Positions 1-10,376 of a DNA stretch of 64,000 bases are shown here, piece after piece. Where the stretch lies: the NCBI GenBank assembly GCA_040755995.1, contig JBFMAF010000024.1, forward strand, positions 32,001 to 96,000, read 5' to 3'. The stretch is from Acidobacteriota bacterium (GTDB taxonomy: Bacteria; Acidobacteriota; CAIWXX01). A program made the position numbers and the translations under genes. The first letter of the stretch is position 1, and every line of letters begins with the position of its first letter. The notes under the pieces were generated by a model, which did not search any database, was not told where the DNA came from, and saw nothing but the letters and a program-made list of their open reading frames with translations.

Positions 1-75
1 TACCCGGTCCATGCTCCCCGGCTCGGTCCCGCTCGTCACTGCAGCCGTTCGGAGGAACGCTCAAAGGAGGCACAC

Positions 76-1119
76 ATGAAGAAGTTCGTCAGAGCACACA
101 ATGGAGTGGCGCTGGGTCTCGTAGCCGCCCTGCTCCTCGTCCTCGGGATGATGGGCTGGCGCCTGGTGGCATCATCAGACGCCGGCTGGTCCAAGCATGC
201 GATCAGCAAGTCGGTACATTACATCCGGATACCCGTCAAACAGTCGAAGGTCGTCTACTGCGCTACTGACGTGCTGAACTACACGAATGCCGGAGTCTTC
301 GTTTCGACCGACGGCGGCAAGAAGTTCGCGAACGTCACGGGGACGCTCCCCGAGCGCGTCGTAAAGGGGCTCGCGGTTCATCCATCGAACACCAATAGCG
401 CATTCGTGGCTCTACTGAACGGAGGCGTCTACCGCACATCGAACCGGGGCAAGACGTGGGTGCAGATGAACAACGGACTGACCGTCAGGCAGACTACTGC
501 AATCCTGATGAACGAGCTGGCGCCTAGCACCCTGCTACTGGGTATCAAGGGGGGCAAGGTCTACCGCTCCACCAATGGCGCCGCGACGTGGACGAACGTT
601 GCGACGGTCACCGGCGACGTCACGGCGCTGGCGGCGGACCCGAAGAACAAGACCGTCTACTACCTTGGCACCAGCAAGCGGATCGTCTACAAGTCCACCG
701 ACAGCGGAACGACCTGGCAACAGAGGATCATAGGACTGACCGGCGCTGCCAACAACATAATCACTGCCATCGTGGTCGATCCCATCACCACTACCAATGT
801 CTACCTTGGAATGTCGGCCAACGGTGTGTTCGCGTCGACGGACGGCGGCGAGAGCTGGGCTCAGAGGAAGACGGGCCTGAAGAATCTCAAGATCAATGAT
901 CTCGTGCTGTACCGGAAGATCCCGAGCATCATTTACGCAGCCACCAAGGGATCAGGGGTGTTCAAATCGACCACGTCGGCCGCCACCTGGGTGCAGTTCG
1001 ACAAGCTGAACCTCACCGATCTCTCCGTGCTGGGCCTCGCGCTCGATCAGGTCACCGGCAAGCACCTGTTTGCAGGAGGAGCTCTTGGCATCTATGACTA
1101 CCAGCTGACGGCGCCGTAG
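76..1119 (+). CDS. Secreted BNR/Asp-box (YCF48/VPS10-like) beta-propeller protein
   Basis: N-terminal hydrophobic segment; repeated SxDGGxxW-type Asp boxes (STDGGKKF, TSNRGKTW, STNGAATW, STDSGTTW, STDGGESW); AAGGAGG RBS. Confidence 0.85.
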   Translation: MKKFVRAHNGVALGLVAALLLVLGMMGWRLVASSDAGWSKHAISKSVHYIRIPVKQSKVVYCATDVLNYTNAGVFVSTDGGKKFANVTGTLPERVVKGLAVHPSNTNSAFVALLNGGVYRTSNRGKTWVQMNNGLTVRQTTAILMNELAPSTLLLGIKGGKVYRSTNGAATWTNVATVTGDVTALAADPKNKTVYYLGTSKRIVYKSTDSGTTWQQRIIGLTGAANNIITAIVVDPITTTNVYLGMSANGVFASTDGGESWAQRKTGLKNLKINDLVLYRKIPSIIYAATKGSGVFKSTTSAATWVQFDKLNLTDLSVLGLALDQVTGKHLFAGGALGIYDYQLTAP

Positions 1120-1286
1120 GCGCTGACGCGCGACATCGACGACACCGGGGCACTGCCACGCGTGATCGGTCACGCTCGGCGGAGGTGTGTGGTATCCGCG
1201 TCAGGGAATCCAAGCACGCCGGGCGAGGAACTGACCGCAGGGCGCGGACGTATCTACTTCTTTCGCCACCACCGCCTTTCTCGACG

Positions 1287-1315
1287 TTGACATCCGACAA
1301 TACCTGCGCTATTTT
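1287..1315 (+). promoter_or_regulatory. Putative sigma70 promoter for FG-GAP genes
   Basis: TTGACA-17 nt-TATTTT upstream of 1430. Confidence 0.4.
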
Positions 1316-1429
1316 CCTGGGGCCAGATTAGCGGGAGAGAAACCGCTCCTGTAGATCCGCACACTGTCGGCAGGCCGATGGTCGTAGAGCTGAGTGGCAC
1401 GGTGTGCCGATGTGTTTCTGGGAGGTGAG

Positions 1430-3091
1430 ATGCCCCCGAGGCGAAGGCTCGTGGGAGCCAAGGCTGGGGCGTTGGTGTGCCTCGCGCTGGCCTCCTTCGC
1501 GTTCTATCCGCCCGGCCCGGCGGGGGACAAGGTGGTCTTGCTAGCAGACATCGAGGCTGTCCGAGCATGGAGCCCTCACGTCGGAGTCCGCGGAGCATGG
1601 AATTCCGGGCGTCTGTTGGGGGAGGGCATCACAAAATGGGAGACTGACCGCACCAGAGCTCGCTCCGTATTCCCGCCGCCGGCTTTCCACACGTCCCTGC
1701 AGGAGAACCGTGGGGTCTTCGGTCCCCCCCATGTGTTCCCTTTGGGGGACGGTCCCGTGGCAGTGGCGATCGGAGACGTGAACGGCGACGGGCGGAACGA
1801 CATTGTCGCATCAACCTCATGGCAACCGGATCGCCCGGAAGACAGGTTCTGCGTCTTCGTGTTCTCACATAACGAATGGGGGCAGTTGGTGGGCCCCGTG
1901 CGGTACCCGGCCGGCAAAGGGAACTCCATCGACATGGCGGACCTCAACAGCGATGGGCGGGCCGACATTGCCGTCACAGCAACCAACGGGATTGGGGTCC
2001 TTATTCAAGATCAGTCGGGCGGATTGGAACCCATGGTCTTTTACCCATCAAGGCATCAGAGCGACACGAATTCGTACATCGTCAAGATCGGGGACTTTAA
2101 CCATGACGGTCGCAATGATGTCGTATCAACGGACGAGTGCAGCAACATCGGTCCCAAGGATGTCGACATCTACTTGCAGAATCAGGGGGGTACGCTGAGT
2201 TCGGCCAAGAGCTACCGCGTCGCGCACTGGGGCTCCGAGGACCTGGATGTGGGAGATCTCGATCATGACGGCCGGGATGATATCGTGATTAGCAGCGACC
2301 GCCCTGGGCCCGTGAGCATGGCAGTGTTGTTGCAGCGGAGCAACGGATTCCAGACCACGTATTATGGGTTACCCAGGGGCGGTTCCCCAGATGGCGTCGC
2401 CGTCGGAGATGTGAACGGCGATTCACTGGACGACATGGTGGCAACCTTCGGTGGTAATGACGGCAAGATCGCAGTCTTCCTGCAAGAGACATCCGGCGGA
2501 CTCGCCGAGCCGACCATCCTGCCCTCGTACGACATCCCCCAGCAGATAGAGATAGCCGATGTGGATTTGGATGGCCGCAAGGACGTTGTCGTCGTTCACA
2601 GCGGTTGGTTTGCCCTGGGAGTCTACTACCACAAGGGGGTCTCCCTGTCCCGGTACGAGCTCTACCCGGCGCCCTGGATCCAAAACAGTGAACCCCAAGC
2701 CCTCAAGGTCGCCGACTTCAATGACGATGGAGCCAACGATGTCGCGGTTGTGGATTCGCAGGTGGGCTTGAGCCTGTTTTACAACCAGTATGTCTCGATC
2801 AAGGTGACGGAACCAGGCGATGGTGCAGTCTGGCCGATCGGATCCAGCCAGAGCATCCGCTGGCAATCACGAAAGGTGAAGGGCAAGGTGAGACTCGATA
2901 TATCGCGCAACGGGGGTCTATCGTGGGAGCCCATCTGCGGAAGCGCTGCCAATACTGGTAGGAAACAGTGGGGGGTGACCGGCCCTGAGAGCGCCTACGC
3001 GAAAGTGCGCGTATGCAGCCTTTCGAGCGAGTCGGTGGTGGGTGTTAGCGATGGGTATTTCGAGATTTCGAGCGGGAGGGAATCTCGTTGA
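1430..3091 (+). CDS. Secreted FG-GAP/VCBS repeat protein with C-terminal Ig-like (Ser/Thr-rich, Kre9-like) domain
   Basis: Multiple GDxNxDGxxD repeats; signal-like N-terminus; C-terminal IKVTEPGDGAVWPIGSSQSIRW; GGAGGTG RBS before ATG 1430. Confidence 0.85.
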   Translation: MPPRRRLVGAKAGALVCLALASFAFYPPGPAGDKVVLLADIEAVRAWSPHVGVRGAWNSGRLLGEGITKWETDRTRARSVFPPPAFHTSLQENRGVFGPPHVFPLGDGPVAVAIGDVNGDGRNDIVASTSWQPDRPEDRFCVFVFSHNEWGQLVGPVRYPAGKGNSIDMADLNSDGRADIAVTATNGIGVLIQDQSGGLEPMVFYPSRHQSDTNSYIVKIGDFNHDGRNDVVSTDECSNIGPKDVDIYLQNQGGTLSSAKSYRVAHWGSEDLDVGDLDHDGRDDIVISSDRPGPVSMAVLLQRSNGFQTTYYGLPRGGSPDGVAVGDVNGDSLDDMVATFGGNDGKIAVFLQETSGGLAEPTILPSYDIPQQIEIADVDLDGRKDVVVVHSGWFALGVYYHKGVSLSRYELYPAPWIQNSEPQALKVADFNDDGANDVAVVDSQVGLSLFYNQYVSIKVTEPGDGAVWPIGSSQSIRWQSRKVKGKVRLDISRNGGLSWEPICGSAANTGRKQWGVTGPESAYAKVRVCSLSSESVVGVSDGYFEISSGRESR

Positions 3092-3133
3092 GGACGTCCG
3101 CGCATTTCAGAATGGGAAAGGGCACCTCTTAAG

Positions 3134-4576
3134 ATGGTGATGTGTGAGTTGTCACAGCGCGTAGGCTTCGGTGTCGCCCTGCTTTTGCCTCTTGCGGTAT
3201 GCGCGACTGCCGGAAGCGCTGAAAGGGCCGATCCACGGCAGACCGGTGTAGCCTGCCATTGGTTACCGTTCGAGGCGCCCGAACCTAGGCAAGCCCACAT
3301 CGTACTGGACAGCACCCCCAGTTCGGCTCGCCCTAGCTGGTACGAGCTGGCGGACGGACATACTGAGATCATGAGGCTGCCCAGCGCGAAACCCCGGTGG
3401 TGCGGCGAATCGCCATCGACCAACCCAGACCTATTCGAACCATACCAGATCTATCAAGTAGGTTCCCGGCCAGACGCGTTGGCTGTCGGCGATGTCAACG
3501 GAGATGGCAGGAATGAGGTCGTGGTTGCCACAGGCGATTCTGGTGGCCATGGCCACCCGAACGATTACTGCGTCTTCGTTTTCCGGCAGAACGCGGCCGG
3601 GGGCTTGTCCCGCCCCGCGAGGTACCGAGGCGGCAACGGCTGCTCACTCGACATTGGAGACATCAACGGTGACGGCAGGAACGATATCGTTGTCGCAAGC
3701 GACAGCGGTATAGGTGCCTTCCTTCAGAACAAGAATCACCGGCTGGGTCGCATGGTTTCATACGGCTGTCCGGGGCCCGACCCACACAATCCGATCACCC
3801 GTGTAAGAACCGGGGACTTCAATTCGGACGGACGACAGGATGTGGTGGCGATCCATAGTTTTGACGAAACCAACGAAGTCTATGTGCTCTATCAGCGGCC
3901 CGGAGGGAAACTGCAGTTTCCCTCTATTCTCACGTTGGCTCAGGCTGGTTCCAAGGACTTGGAATGCGAGGATCTGAACAATGATGGCTTGCAGGATATT
4001 CAGGTCATGAGCAGCCGATCCTGCAGCAACTACGTCGGGGTGCTCTGGCAGAAGGCTGGTGGGGGATTCGAGTCGCCCACGTACTATGACTTTGGGGGTT
4101 GGGAGCCACTAGGAGGCATGGGGGTAGGGGATGTCAATAACGACGCTCTGAGCGACATTGTAGTCAGCATAGCGGCCAATCAACCACGTAGCAAGATCGG
4201 GATCCTGCTCCAGAAGGAGTGGGGGTTCATCCGTTCAGCTGTTCTTCTGCCGTCATACGACTGCCCTGAACCAGTCGAGATCGCGGACGTGGACGGCAAC
4301 GGCAGGAATGACATTCTGGTGGCACACGGCGGATGGGAGGCATTGGCAGTCTATCGGCAGAAGTCCGATTCGCTTCTGCCGTATGAGCTATATCCAATCC
4401 CGTATGCGTCTCACTACAACCCCCACAGCCTGGCCGTCGGGGACGTCAGCGGGGACGGTGCGCCTGATGTAGTGCTCGCTGATTACAACGGCTATATTGT
4501 GATACTCTACAATCGAACCATGGCACCCTGCTTTTCCCAGGGAAGAGCCGGAACCGCATCGAGGTTGAGGCCGTAG
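3134..4576 (+). CDS. Secreted FG-GAP/VCBS repeat protein (paralog of upstream gene)
   Basis: Seven GDxNxDGxxD-type repeats; shares LPSYDxP..EIADVD..GRxD and YELYP motifs with 1430-3091. Confidence 0.85.
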   Translation: MVMCELSQRVGFGVALLLPLAVCATAGSAERADPRQTGVACHWLPFEAPEPRQAHIVLDSTPSSARPSWYELADGHTEIMRLPSAKPRWCGESPSTNPDLFEPYQIYQVGSRPDALAVGDVNGDGRNEVVVATGDSGGHGHPNDYCVFVFRQNAAGGLSRPARYRGGNGCSLDIGDINGDGRNDIVVASDSGIGAFLQNKNHRLGRMVSYGCPGPDPHNPITRVRTGDFNSDGRQDVVAIHSFDETNEVYVLYQRPGGKLQFPSILTLAQAGSKDLECEDLNNDGLQDIQVMSSRSCSNYVGVLWQKAGGGFESPTYYDFGGWEPLGGMGVGDVNNDALSDIVVSIAANQPRSKIGILLQKEWGFIRSAVLLPSYDCPEPVEIADVDGNGRNDILVAHGGWEALAVYRQKSDSLLPYELYPIPYASHYNPHSLAVGDVSGDGAPDVVLADYNGYIVILYNRTMAPCFSQGRAGTASRLRP

Positions 4577-4640
4577 ACCAACAGTGCCGTGCTGCCTCGA
4601 AGCGCCGCCGTGTCTCGGTCGGGAGTTCGGTCTCCATGGA

Positions 4641-4921
4641 GGGTGCGGCCGGCATCATCATCACTCTCATTGTGATCGATCCGGTCAACACGATGACCGC
4701 ATACCTCGGGATGTCTGCCAACGGCGTCTTCGCGTCCACAAACGGTGGCGAGAGCGGGCGTGCTCAAGTCGACCACGTCTGCGGCCACCTGGGTACAGTT
4801 CGACAAGCTGAACCTCGCTGACCTGAGCGTGCTGGGCCTGGCGCTCGATCAAGTCACCGGCAAGCACCTGTTTGCAGGAGGAACCCTCGGTATCTATGAC
4901 TACACGCTGCCGGCGCCGTAG
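4641..4921 (+). pseudogene. Remnant of a paralog of the BNR protein (3' part, internal deletion, frameshift)
   Basis: Aligns to ~742-855 and ~955-1119 of the first gene, including terminal GCGCCGTAG; ~100 nt missing between the blocks. Confidence 0.85.
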
Positions 4922-5139
4922 GCGGTGGCCGCATCGAGCGCAAGGCATTCCGCGACTGACGCTCCCGATCAGAGCCGTGTGCCCCACCGCGGCCGTGCGG
5001 ATTGTCACCCTGTTCGCAGGACTCGGCGATATCGGGAACATGTCGCTCGAATTGCCGTAGACTCCGAAAGCTCGATCCCTACCCGGGGGGATCGACGCAG
5101 CAGCGCTGTCGGGGAGTCGAGTGTTCGAGCCTCCTCGTT

Positions 5140-5673
5140 CTACAGAAGCCTCCCGAACAGGAATGATGGAAGCCAGAACCCGAGCGCGAATCCGTAGAGG
5201 TGGTCCAGCCACACTACCGAGAGTATGTTGGCGATGAAGATCAGGATGACGAGGGGAAAGCTCAGGAGGGCCAGCGGATTCATCGTCTTGACTTCCATTT
5301 TCGCATGATTCCACAGGTTCCTCGCATCCTGCGTGGAAGGGAAGGCGTGCATTCCGATGGAAATGCCCAGCCACATGAGAACGTAGTTCAGAGGGCTCTC
5401 CACGCTGAAGACCTCGACGGGCAGGGAAGCGGGGAAGCAGATCAGAATGCACAAGAGCGAATTAACCGCCAGCGGTCCCACTGCGATCAAGAAGGCAGAG
5501 GTGAAATCCCTCACATCCTCATGGAGAACGTAGCCGACGGGGTTACGGAACTGGAAGAAGCACACATCCAGGATAGTCACTCTTCTCCACTTGCAGAAGA
5601 GCATGTGCGCGGCTTCGTGCACTATGACGCCCGGGAAGGTCAGCACGGCAATGATCCAGCCGGGGATGATCAT
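5140..5673 (-). CDS. Membrane protein with HExxH motif, putative zinc metalloprotease (M50/DUF3267-like)
   Basis: PGVIVHEAAH motif, several TM helices, AFPSTQDA. Confidence 0.7.
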   Translation of the reverse strand: MIIPGWIIAVLTFPGVIVHEAAHMLFCKWRRVTILDVCFFQFRNPVGYVLHEDVRDFTSAFLIAVGPLAVNSLLCILICFPASLPVEVFSVESPLNYVLMWLGISIGMHAFPSTQDARNLWNHAKMEVKTMNPLALLSFPLVILIFIANILSVVWLDHLYGFALGFWLPSFLFGRLL

Positions 5674-5994
5674 GGGAGCACCTCTTCAGTCCAGCCGTTG
5701 GGGTAGCGTTTGCGGAATTCAGCACTCGATACGACCTCTCGCGTAGCCAGCCGGTACATGATCCTCATCCGGTAATCGGCGTAAGCAGGATCTTTCTCAT
5801 CTGCTATCTCTCTCCTCGATCGAACAGCTCGCAGCTGGATTGGAATCCTGGAAGCCGGCGCCAGAATAGTTCTCCGCGCGCAGCACTCTCAACTCCAGTT
5901 CCTGATGGCCCTGATGGCTCCTAGTCCGTGCGGGGCTGAGGGATGCCTGTACTGCACGGGAAGAGGGTGGAGTATGTCCATTCGTACCAAGCCT

Positions 5995-7176
5995 TCAGAC
6001 CAACCCGGCCAAAAACTGCGCAGCGGGGACGAATCGGACCCCATCCTGGACATAGTCGCGTGAGCCGTCGAGGACGACCTGATAGGCATACGGAATCCTG
6101 AGTCTCTCTCGAAAGTAGAACAGCGCGGGCTCGACGCTTTGCGCATTCACCTTGGCCTCAACCGCCAACCATGGACGTCTGCCGAGCGTGAGCAGAAAAT
6201 CCACCTCGTGCCCGGCGCGATCGCGGAGGTAGTGCAGTTGGGCATCGTGGCCCTCGCGATCTTGGAACAGATGGCATAGCTTCAGCAGGTGCAACGCGAC
6301 CAGGTTCTCAAAGCGCGGTCCGGGCGCCGGAACGAGGCTTGTGTCCCACAAGTACGCCTTTGGCATCATCTTCAGGCTGCGAACGCGAGGGGAGACGTAT
6401 GGACGGATCCGGAACGTGTGGTACAGCCGCTCCAGTATGTCCATCCAGAGAGTCACCGCGCCGTGAGTGGCGTCGAGATCCTCTCGGATCGCATTGAGCG
6501 ACAGCTGCGACCCCACTCGTTCTGGCAGCAGGTCGGCAAGAATCTGGATGGTTGAGAGATCACGAATCGACTCCAGGTCGCGCACGTCCTCACGGAAGAA
6601 ACGATCCAGGCGTTCCTTCTGCCAGCGGCGCAGGGATCGTTCTGAATGTGCCAGGAAGGGCTCCGGGAATCCGCCGTATTCCATGAGCGATGCGACCAAG
6701 TGCCGAGAGCCCGTCGGCGGGAGCCGGAGATCCCGGCCTGGCTCAGGGAGTGCAGTGTTGCCCTGGCCTTCCACCTCCGCGTACGAGAGAGGGTGCAACC
6801 GATAGTGATGATATCGGCCCTGCAGCGAGTCACCGCCTCGTCGGTAGACATCCAGCCGAGCGCTCCCCGTGACGAGGAACCTGAGTCTCTCACGGTGCTT
6901 GTCATACTCTCCTTTGATCCAGCCCTTCCACCCACGCCACTTGTGGAGCTCGTCGAACACCAGGAGCGCGTTGCCAGCGGGCCAGCATGCGGCCCGGATC
7001 TCGGAGCGATCCTGCCGGTTGTCCCAGTTGAGATACATCCCCGCACTCCACTCGGACAGGATCTGGCGCGCCATAGTAGTCTTGCCCACCTGTCGGGGGC
7101 CTGCAACGAAGACCATCTTCTCGGCCAAGTCCTCGCGTACGGAAGCCTCAAGATATCTGCGCAAAGTCATGTGCAT
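5995..7176 (-). CDS. ATP-binding protein, AAA_14 + DUF4143
   Basis: GPRQVGKTT Walker A, FDELH Walker B, VTGSA, C-terminal EVDF..AVEAK; start 7170-7188 uncertain. Confidence 0.9.
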   Translation of the reverse strand: MHMTLRRYLEASVREDLAEKMVFVAGPRQVGKTTMARQILSEWSAGMYLNWDNRQDRSEIRAACWPAGNALLVFDELHKWRGWKGWIKGEYDKHRERLRFLVTGSARLDVYRRGGDSLQGRYHHYRLHPLSYAEVEGQGNTALPEPGRDLRLPPTGSRHLVASLMEYGGFPEPFLAHSERSLRRWQKERLDRFFREDVRDLESIRDLSTIQILADLLPERVGSQLSLNAIREDLDATHGAVTLWMDILERLYHTFRIRPYVSPRVRSLKMMPKAYLWDTSLVPAPGPRFENLVALHLLKLCHLFQDREGHDAQLHYLRDRAGHEVDFLLTLGRRPWLAVEAKVNAQSVEPALFYFRERLRIPYAYQVVLDGSRDYVQDGVRFVPAAQFLAGLV

Positions 7177-7433
7177 ATTTTGCCCCAAGGCGAAAAAGGT
7201 CGCAACTATTTTCGGGTACGGGCGAGAAATGCATGTCTATCGGTATCGGTACAGGCGAACACCAGCACCTTCCACTGGGCCAGCGGGCCTGCCAATGAGG
7301 TCAAGGGTGGGGCTGGGCGGGATGGCCGCGCAGTGGGGGGAGGCGGCGTCACGACGAAGACGGAGGCTGCCGGCCGGCGTGCGGAACGTGAACATGACGA
7401 TCTCTCCCTGGTGCCAGCAGCGGCAGGACCAGT

Positions 7434-9059
7434 TCACGCGTCGAGAGTCGTGTGCCTCCAACATCCGATGTGTTGCCTGAGCCAGTGGCCGGTTCTCGCG
7501 CGGCGTGGAGACGCACGTTGGAGCAATGCTCCCTGTGGCTCTCGTGCGTGACCGGGCTTCTTCTGTCCGAGGTACTCACCAGTCAAGACCGGGAATCGGG
7601 GTGGACTCGTATCGGCCCCTTTCCGGCACAACATCTCTACAGCCGCGCACTTCCCACTTGCCAGTGCCTCGTGCAGGGGCGTCCTCCCATCGGGCGCCTT
7701 GGCGTTGATCTCCGCGCCGGAATCGATGAGCTTCTCAATCTCGTCCAATTGCCCTCTCAGCGCTGCGAGATGGAGAGGAGTCAGGCCATAGCGGTCGCGG
7801 ACCTCGATCCCGCTCTCCGCCCACCCCGTGGCGTTGGTGGCGGCCCCGCTCAGACCCTTGGGTTTGAGATCCAGAACGAGGCCGGCGTCTACCCAGTACA
7901 TGTCGTTACTACCGTTGCGATCGCTGACGAAGAAGAAGTACTTGCCATCGGGCGAGAAGCCGCCGAACCAGTCGTTGTTTCTGGAGTTGATCGGCTCACC
8001 CAGATTGACGGCCGGCCCCCAGGTGCCGTCCGGTTTCTTGGCGCTCATCCAGAAATCACTCCCGCCGATTCCTCCCGATCGGAACGACTCGAAAATGAGA
8101 AGACTCTCATCCGGTGCTACATAGGTTGGCATCACGTTCGACGTGTTGAACGAGGCATCCAGTCTTTTCGGCTTCTCGAACTTCCCATCAACCAGTCTCG
8201 CAACGAATATGTTGGTGCCATCCACCGCGCCTTCGCGCCAGGAACCGAAATACATGGTTCCATCTTTGGTGAAAGCGGGCCGGGCGTCCTTGCCGGAGCT
8301 GATCTCGGGAGCCAAGAGCCTCGGCTCCGTCCATCCGCCGCCTTCGCGTTCGACTGACCACATGTTGTAGTCACCGGCCTTTCCCGCATCCCGCGCCGGC
8401 CGGCAGGAGGTGAAATAGAGTGTCTTTCCGTCGCTCGATAGGGTAGGGCAGATATCCCGAAACCGGGCCTCGGAGAAAGGGAGCTGCTTCAGCTCGCTCC
8501 ACGCGTCGCCATCCCTCTTCATACTCAAGAGAATGCCCGTGTCATCCTCGAACACGACCGCCCAGAAGACCTCCGCGCCATCTTGAGTGAATGCCGGTGC
8601 ACTGTGATCGAACAAGATCGAGGAAAGGATTTCGGGCGAGAAGAGGCGGGGCGTTGCGCCGGGGACGTCCTCTCCGACATATTCCCCCACGATGCGGGGC
8701 CATCTCCAGGGTGTCTGGTCTGCACCCTTTTCTCTAAGCAGACTCGCCACGTCCTGATGGTTGTGCTGGATGGCGATGTGGAGCGGGGTCTGCGCCAGGC
8801 GGGTCTTCTGATTGATGTCCGCGCCCCTGGCCAGCAGTAAACTAGCCATATCCCGGTGGCCCTTCAATGCGGCCCAGTGAAGGGGGCTGAGAGCATACAG
8901 ATCGCCTTGATTAAGGAGGGCAGGATCTTCGTCCAACAAGGCCCTTGTCGCTGCCAGGTCACCTCGTTTCACCGCCTCGTGGATCTCACCGCCCGCGAGC
9001 CACACCGTGCTGCATGCGAGAGCCCAAAGTGCAAGCATGGCCTTTGTCGTCTTCATCAT
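7434..9059 (-). CDS. Secreted ankyrin-repeat + PD40 (TolB-like) propeller protein, probably 3'-truncated
   Basis: Signal peptide; SPLHWAA/TPLHIA/TPLHLAA ankyrin repeats; FSPDGKYFFFVSDR PD40 repeats; second module stops after GEYLGQKKPG. Confidence 0.8.
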   Translation of the reverse strand: MMKTTKAMLALWALACSTVWLAGGEIHEAVKRGDLAATRALLDEDPALLNQGDLYALSPLHWAALKGHRDMASLLLARGADINQKTRLAQTPLHIAIQHNHQDVASLLREKGADQTPWRWPRIVGEYVGEDVPGATPRLFSPEILSSILFDHSAPAFTQDGAEVFWAVVFEDDTGILLSMKRDGDAWSELKQLPFSEARFRDICPTLSSDGKTLYFTSCRPARDAGKAGDYNMWSVEREGGGWTEPRLLAPEISSGKDARPAFTKDGTMYFGSWREGAVDGTNIFVARLVDGKFEKPKRLDASFNTSNVMPTYVAPDESLLIFESFRSGGIGGSDFWMSAKKPDGTWGPAVNLGEPINSRNNDWFGGFSPDGKYFFFVSDRNGSNDMYWVDAGLVLDLKPKGLSGAATNATGWAESGIEVRDRYGLTPLHLAALRGQLDEIEKLIDSGAEINAKAPDGRTPLHEALASGKCAAVEMLCRKGADTSPPRFPVLTGEYLGQKKPGHAREPQGALLQRASPRRARTGHWLRQHIGCWRHTTLDA

Positions 9060-9184
9060 CGAATACCTCCCCTTTCCTTGAAGTTCCTCTCCTCCTTGAG
9101 TACCACCTCATCTGTTGATCCGCCGTCCACGCCGTCTTCTCCCGCCACGAGGGCGCCGGCATAGCCCGGTCGATGGTGCCGAGC

Positions 9185-10357
9185 TCAGACGACCAGCATC
9201 TCGTTCGCGCGGATGAGCCTCGATCGCACCTGCAGACCGTAGGGACAGGCTGACTGGCAGGGGCCGCTACACGCCTGGCATGGCGCGGGCTTGCGGCTCT
9301 CGTCCAGCTCGCGATAGTACCGGGCGGCCTCGCGCTGCATGCCGTAGTGCTCGAAGTACATCGCGTAGCGCAGCACCTCGTTGATGGCCACGCGTTGGGG
9401 GCATGCCTGCAGGCACTCTCGGCAGCTCACGCGGCAGTACTGGTCCCAGGCCTCATTGCGGTAGGACGAGATGAGCTTGAGATCCGACTCCAGGAGCGGG
9501 CGGCCGGAAGCGCCGAGGTACTCGTCGACGTGCGAGTAGCTCGACATCGTGACGATGCAGGCATCGACATTCGGGTCGCTCAGGACCCATCGGATGGCTG
9601 CCTGTGGGTAGCTCTGCTTTTCGCTCACCATGCCCTTCAGGCTTCCCTGCATTCCGCCGGCGAAGACCTTCATTGCGACGGTCGCAACGCCCTTTTTGTG
9701 GAGCTGCTCCACCAGCGGCTGGATCGCCTTGCCCTCGAGGTGGTTGTAGACGAAGAGCACGACACGATACAGGTCGGAATCGAGTGCCTTGGGCAGGAAG
9801 TCCCTCGCGTTGTGCGTCGAGAAGCCTACGAACCGGGCCTTGCCTTCCTTGCGCAGTTGTCTGTAGCCGGCCTGGATCTCCGGATCGTCGAGGACGGAGG
9901 GTTCGTCGACGCTGTGCACCATGGCCACGTCGACGTGGTCGGTCTGAAGGCGCTTCAGGCTGGCCTCGGCACGCTTGACAATCTCGGCCCGGTTCCGCTC
10001 GGCGGCGTTGCGGAATACGTACTTCGTGGTGATCACCACCTTGTCGCGCACGCTCTTGAGGGCCTGCCCGATCATCGTCTCGCTCTGCTTGTTCAGGTAG
10101 CCTTCGGCGGTGTCGAAGTAGTTGACGCCGCGGTCGTAGGCGTAGCGGAGCACGTTGGCGTCGAAGAGCGATATCACGCCGAAGCTGACATCAGATATTT
10201 TCAAACCGGTCTTGCCGAAGGGCTTGTATTTCTGAACCTTGGGCGCGGCGCCCTGGCCTTCAGGCCCGGCACTTTCGCTCCGGCCCGTCCGGTCCAGGCT
10301 CATGCCGGCCACACCGGCGGAGACGCTGGTCAGGAAGTTGCGGCGGCTGATGCTCAT
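9185..10357 (-). CDS. Tat-exported aldo/keto reductase with C-terminal Fe-S cluster domain
   Basis: SRRNFL Tat motif; FDTAEGY, SLKRLQTDHVD; CxxxCxxCxxxCP and CxxCxxxCxxxCP. Confidence 0.9.
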   Translation of the reverse strand: MSISRRNFLTSVSAGVAGMSLDRTGRSESAGPEGQGAAPKVQKYKPFGKTGLKISDVSFGVISLFDANVLRYAYDRGVNYFDTAEGYLNKQSETMIGQALKSVRDKVVITTKYVFRNAAERNRAEIVKRAEASLKRLQTDHVDVAMVHSVDEPSVLDDPEIQAGYRQLRKEGKARFVGFSTHNARDFLPKALDSDLYRVVLFVYNHLEGKAIQPLVEQLHKKGVATVAMKVFAGGMQGSLKGMVSEKQSYPQAAIRWVLSDPNVDACIVTMSSYSHVDEYLGASGRPLLESDLKLISSYRNEAWDQYCRVSCRECLQACPQRVAINEVLRYAMYFEHYGMQREAARYYRELDESRKPAPCQACSGPCQSACPYGLQVRSRLIRANEMLVV

Positions 10358-10376
10358 GGGTTCCTCCTTGTATCCA

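Noticed and set aside
5670..5800. UGSC-type selenoprotein (minus-strand MRKILLTPITG-TGA-GSCTGW)
   Set aside because: Only 11 codons precede the TGA; another frame (..ADYRMRIMYRL..EEVLP) ends in an ATGA overlap with the next gene and is the likelier gene remnant
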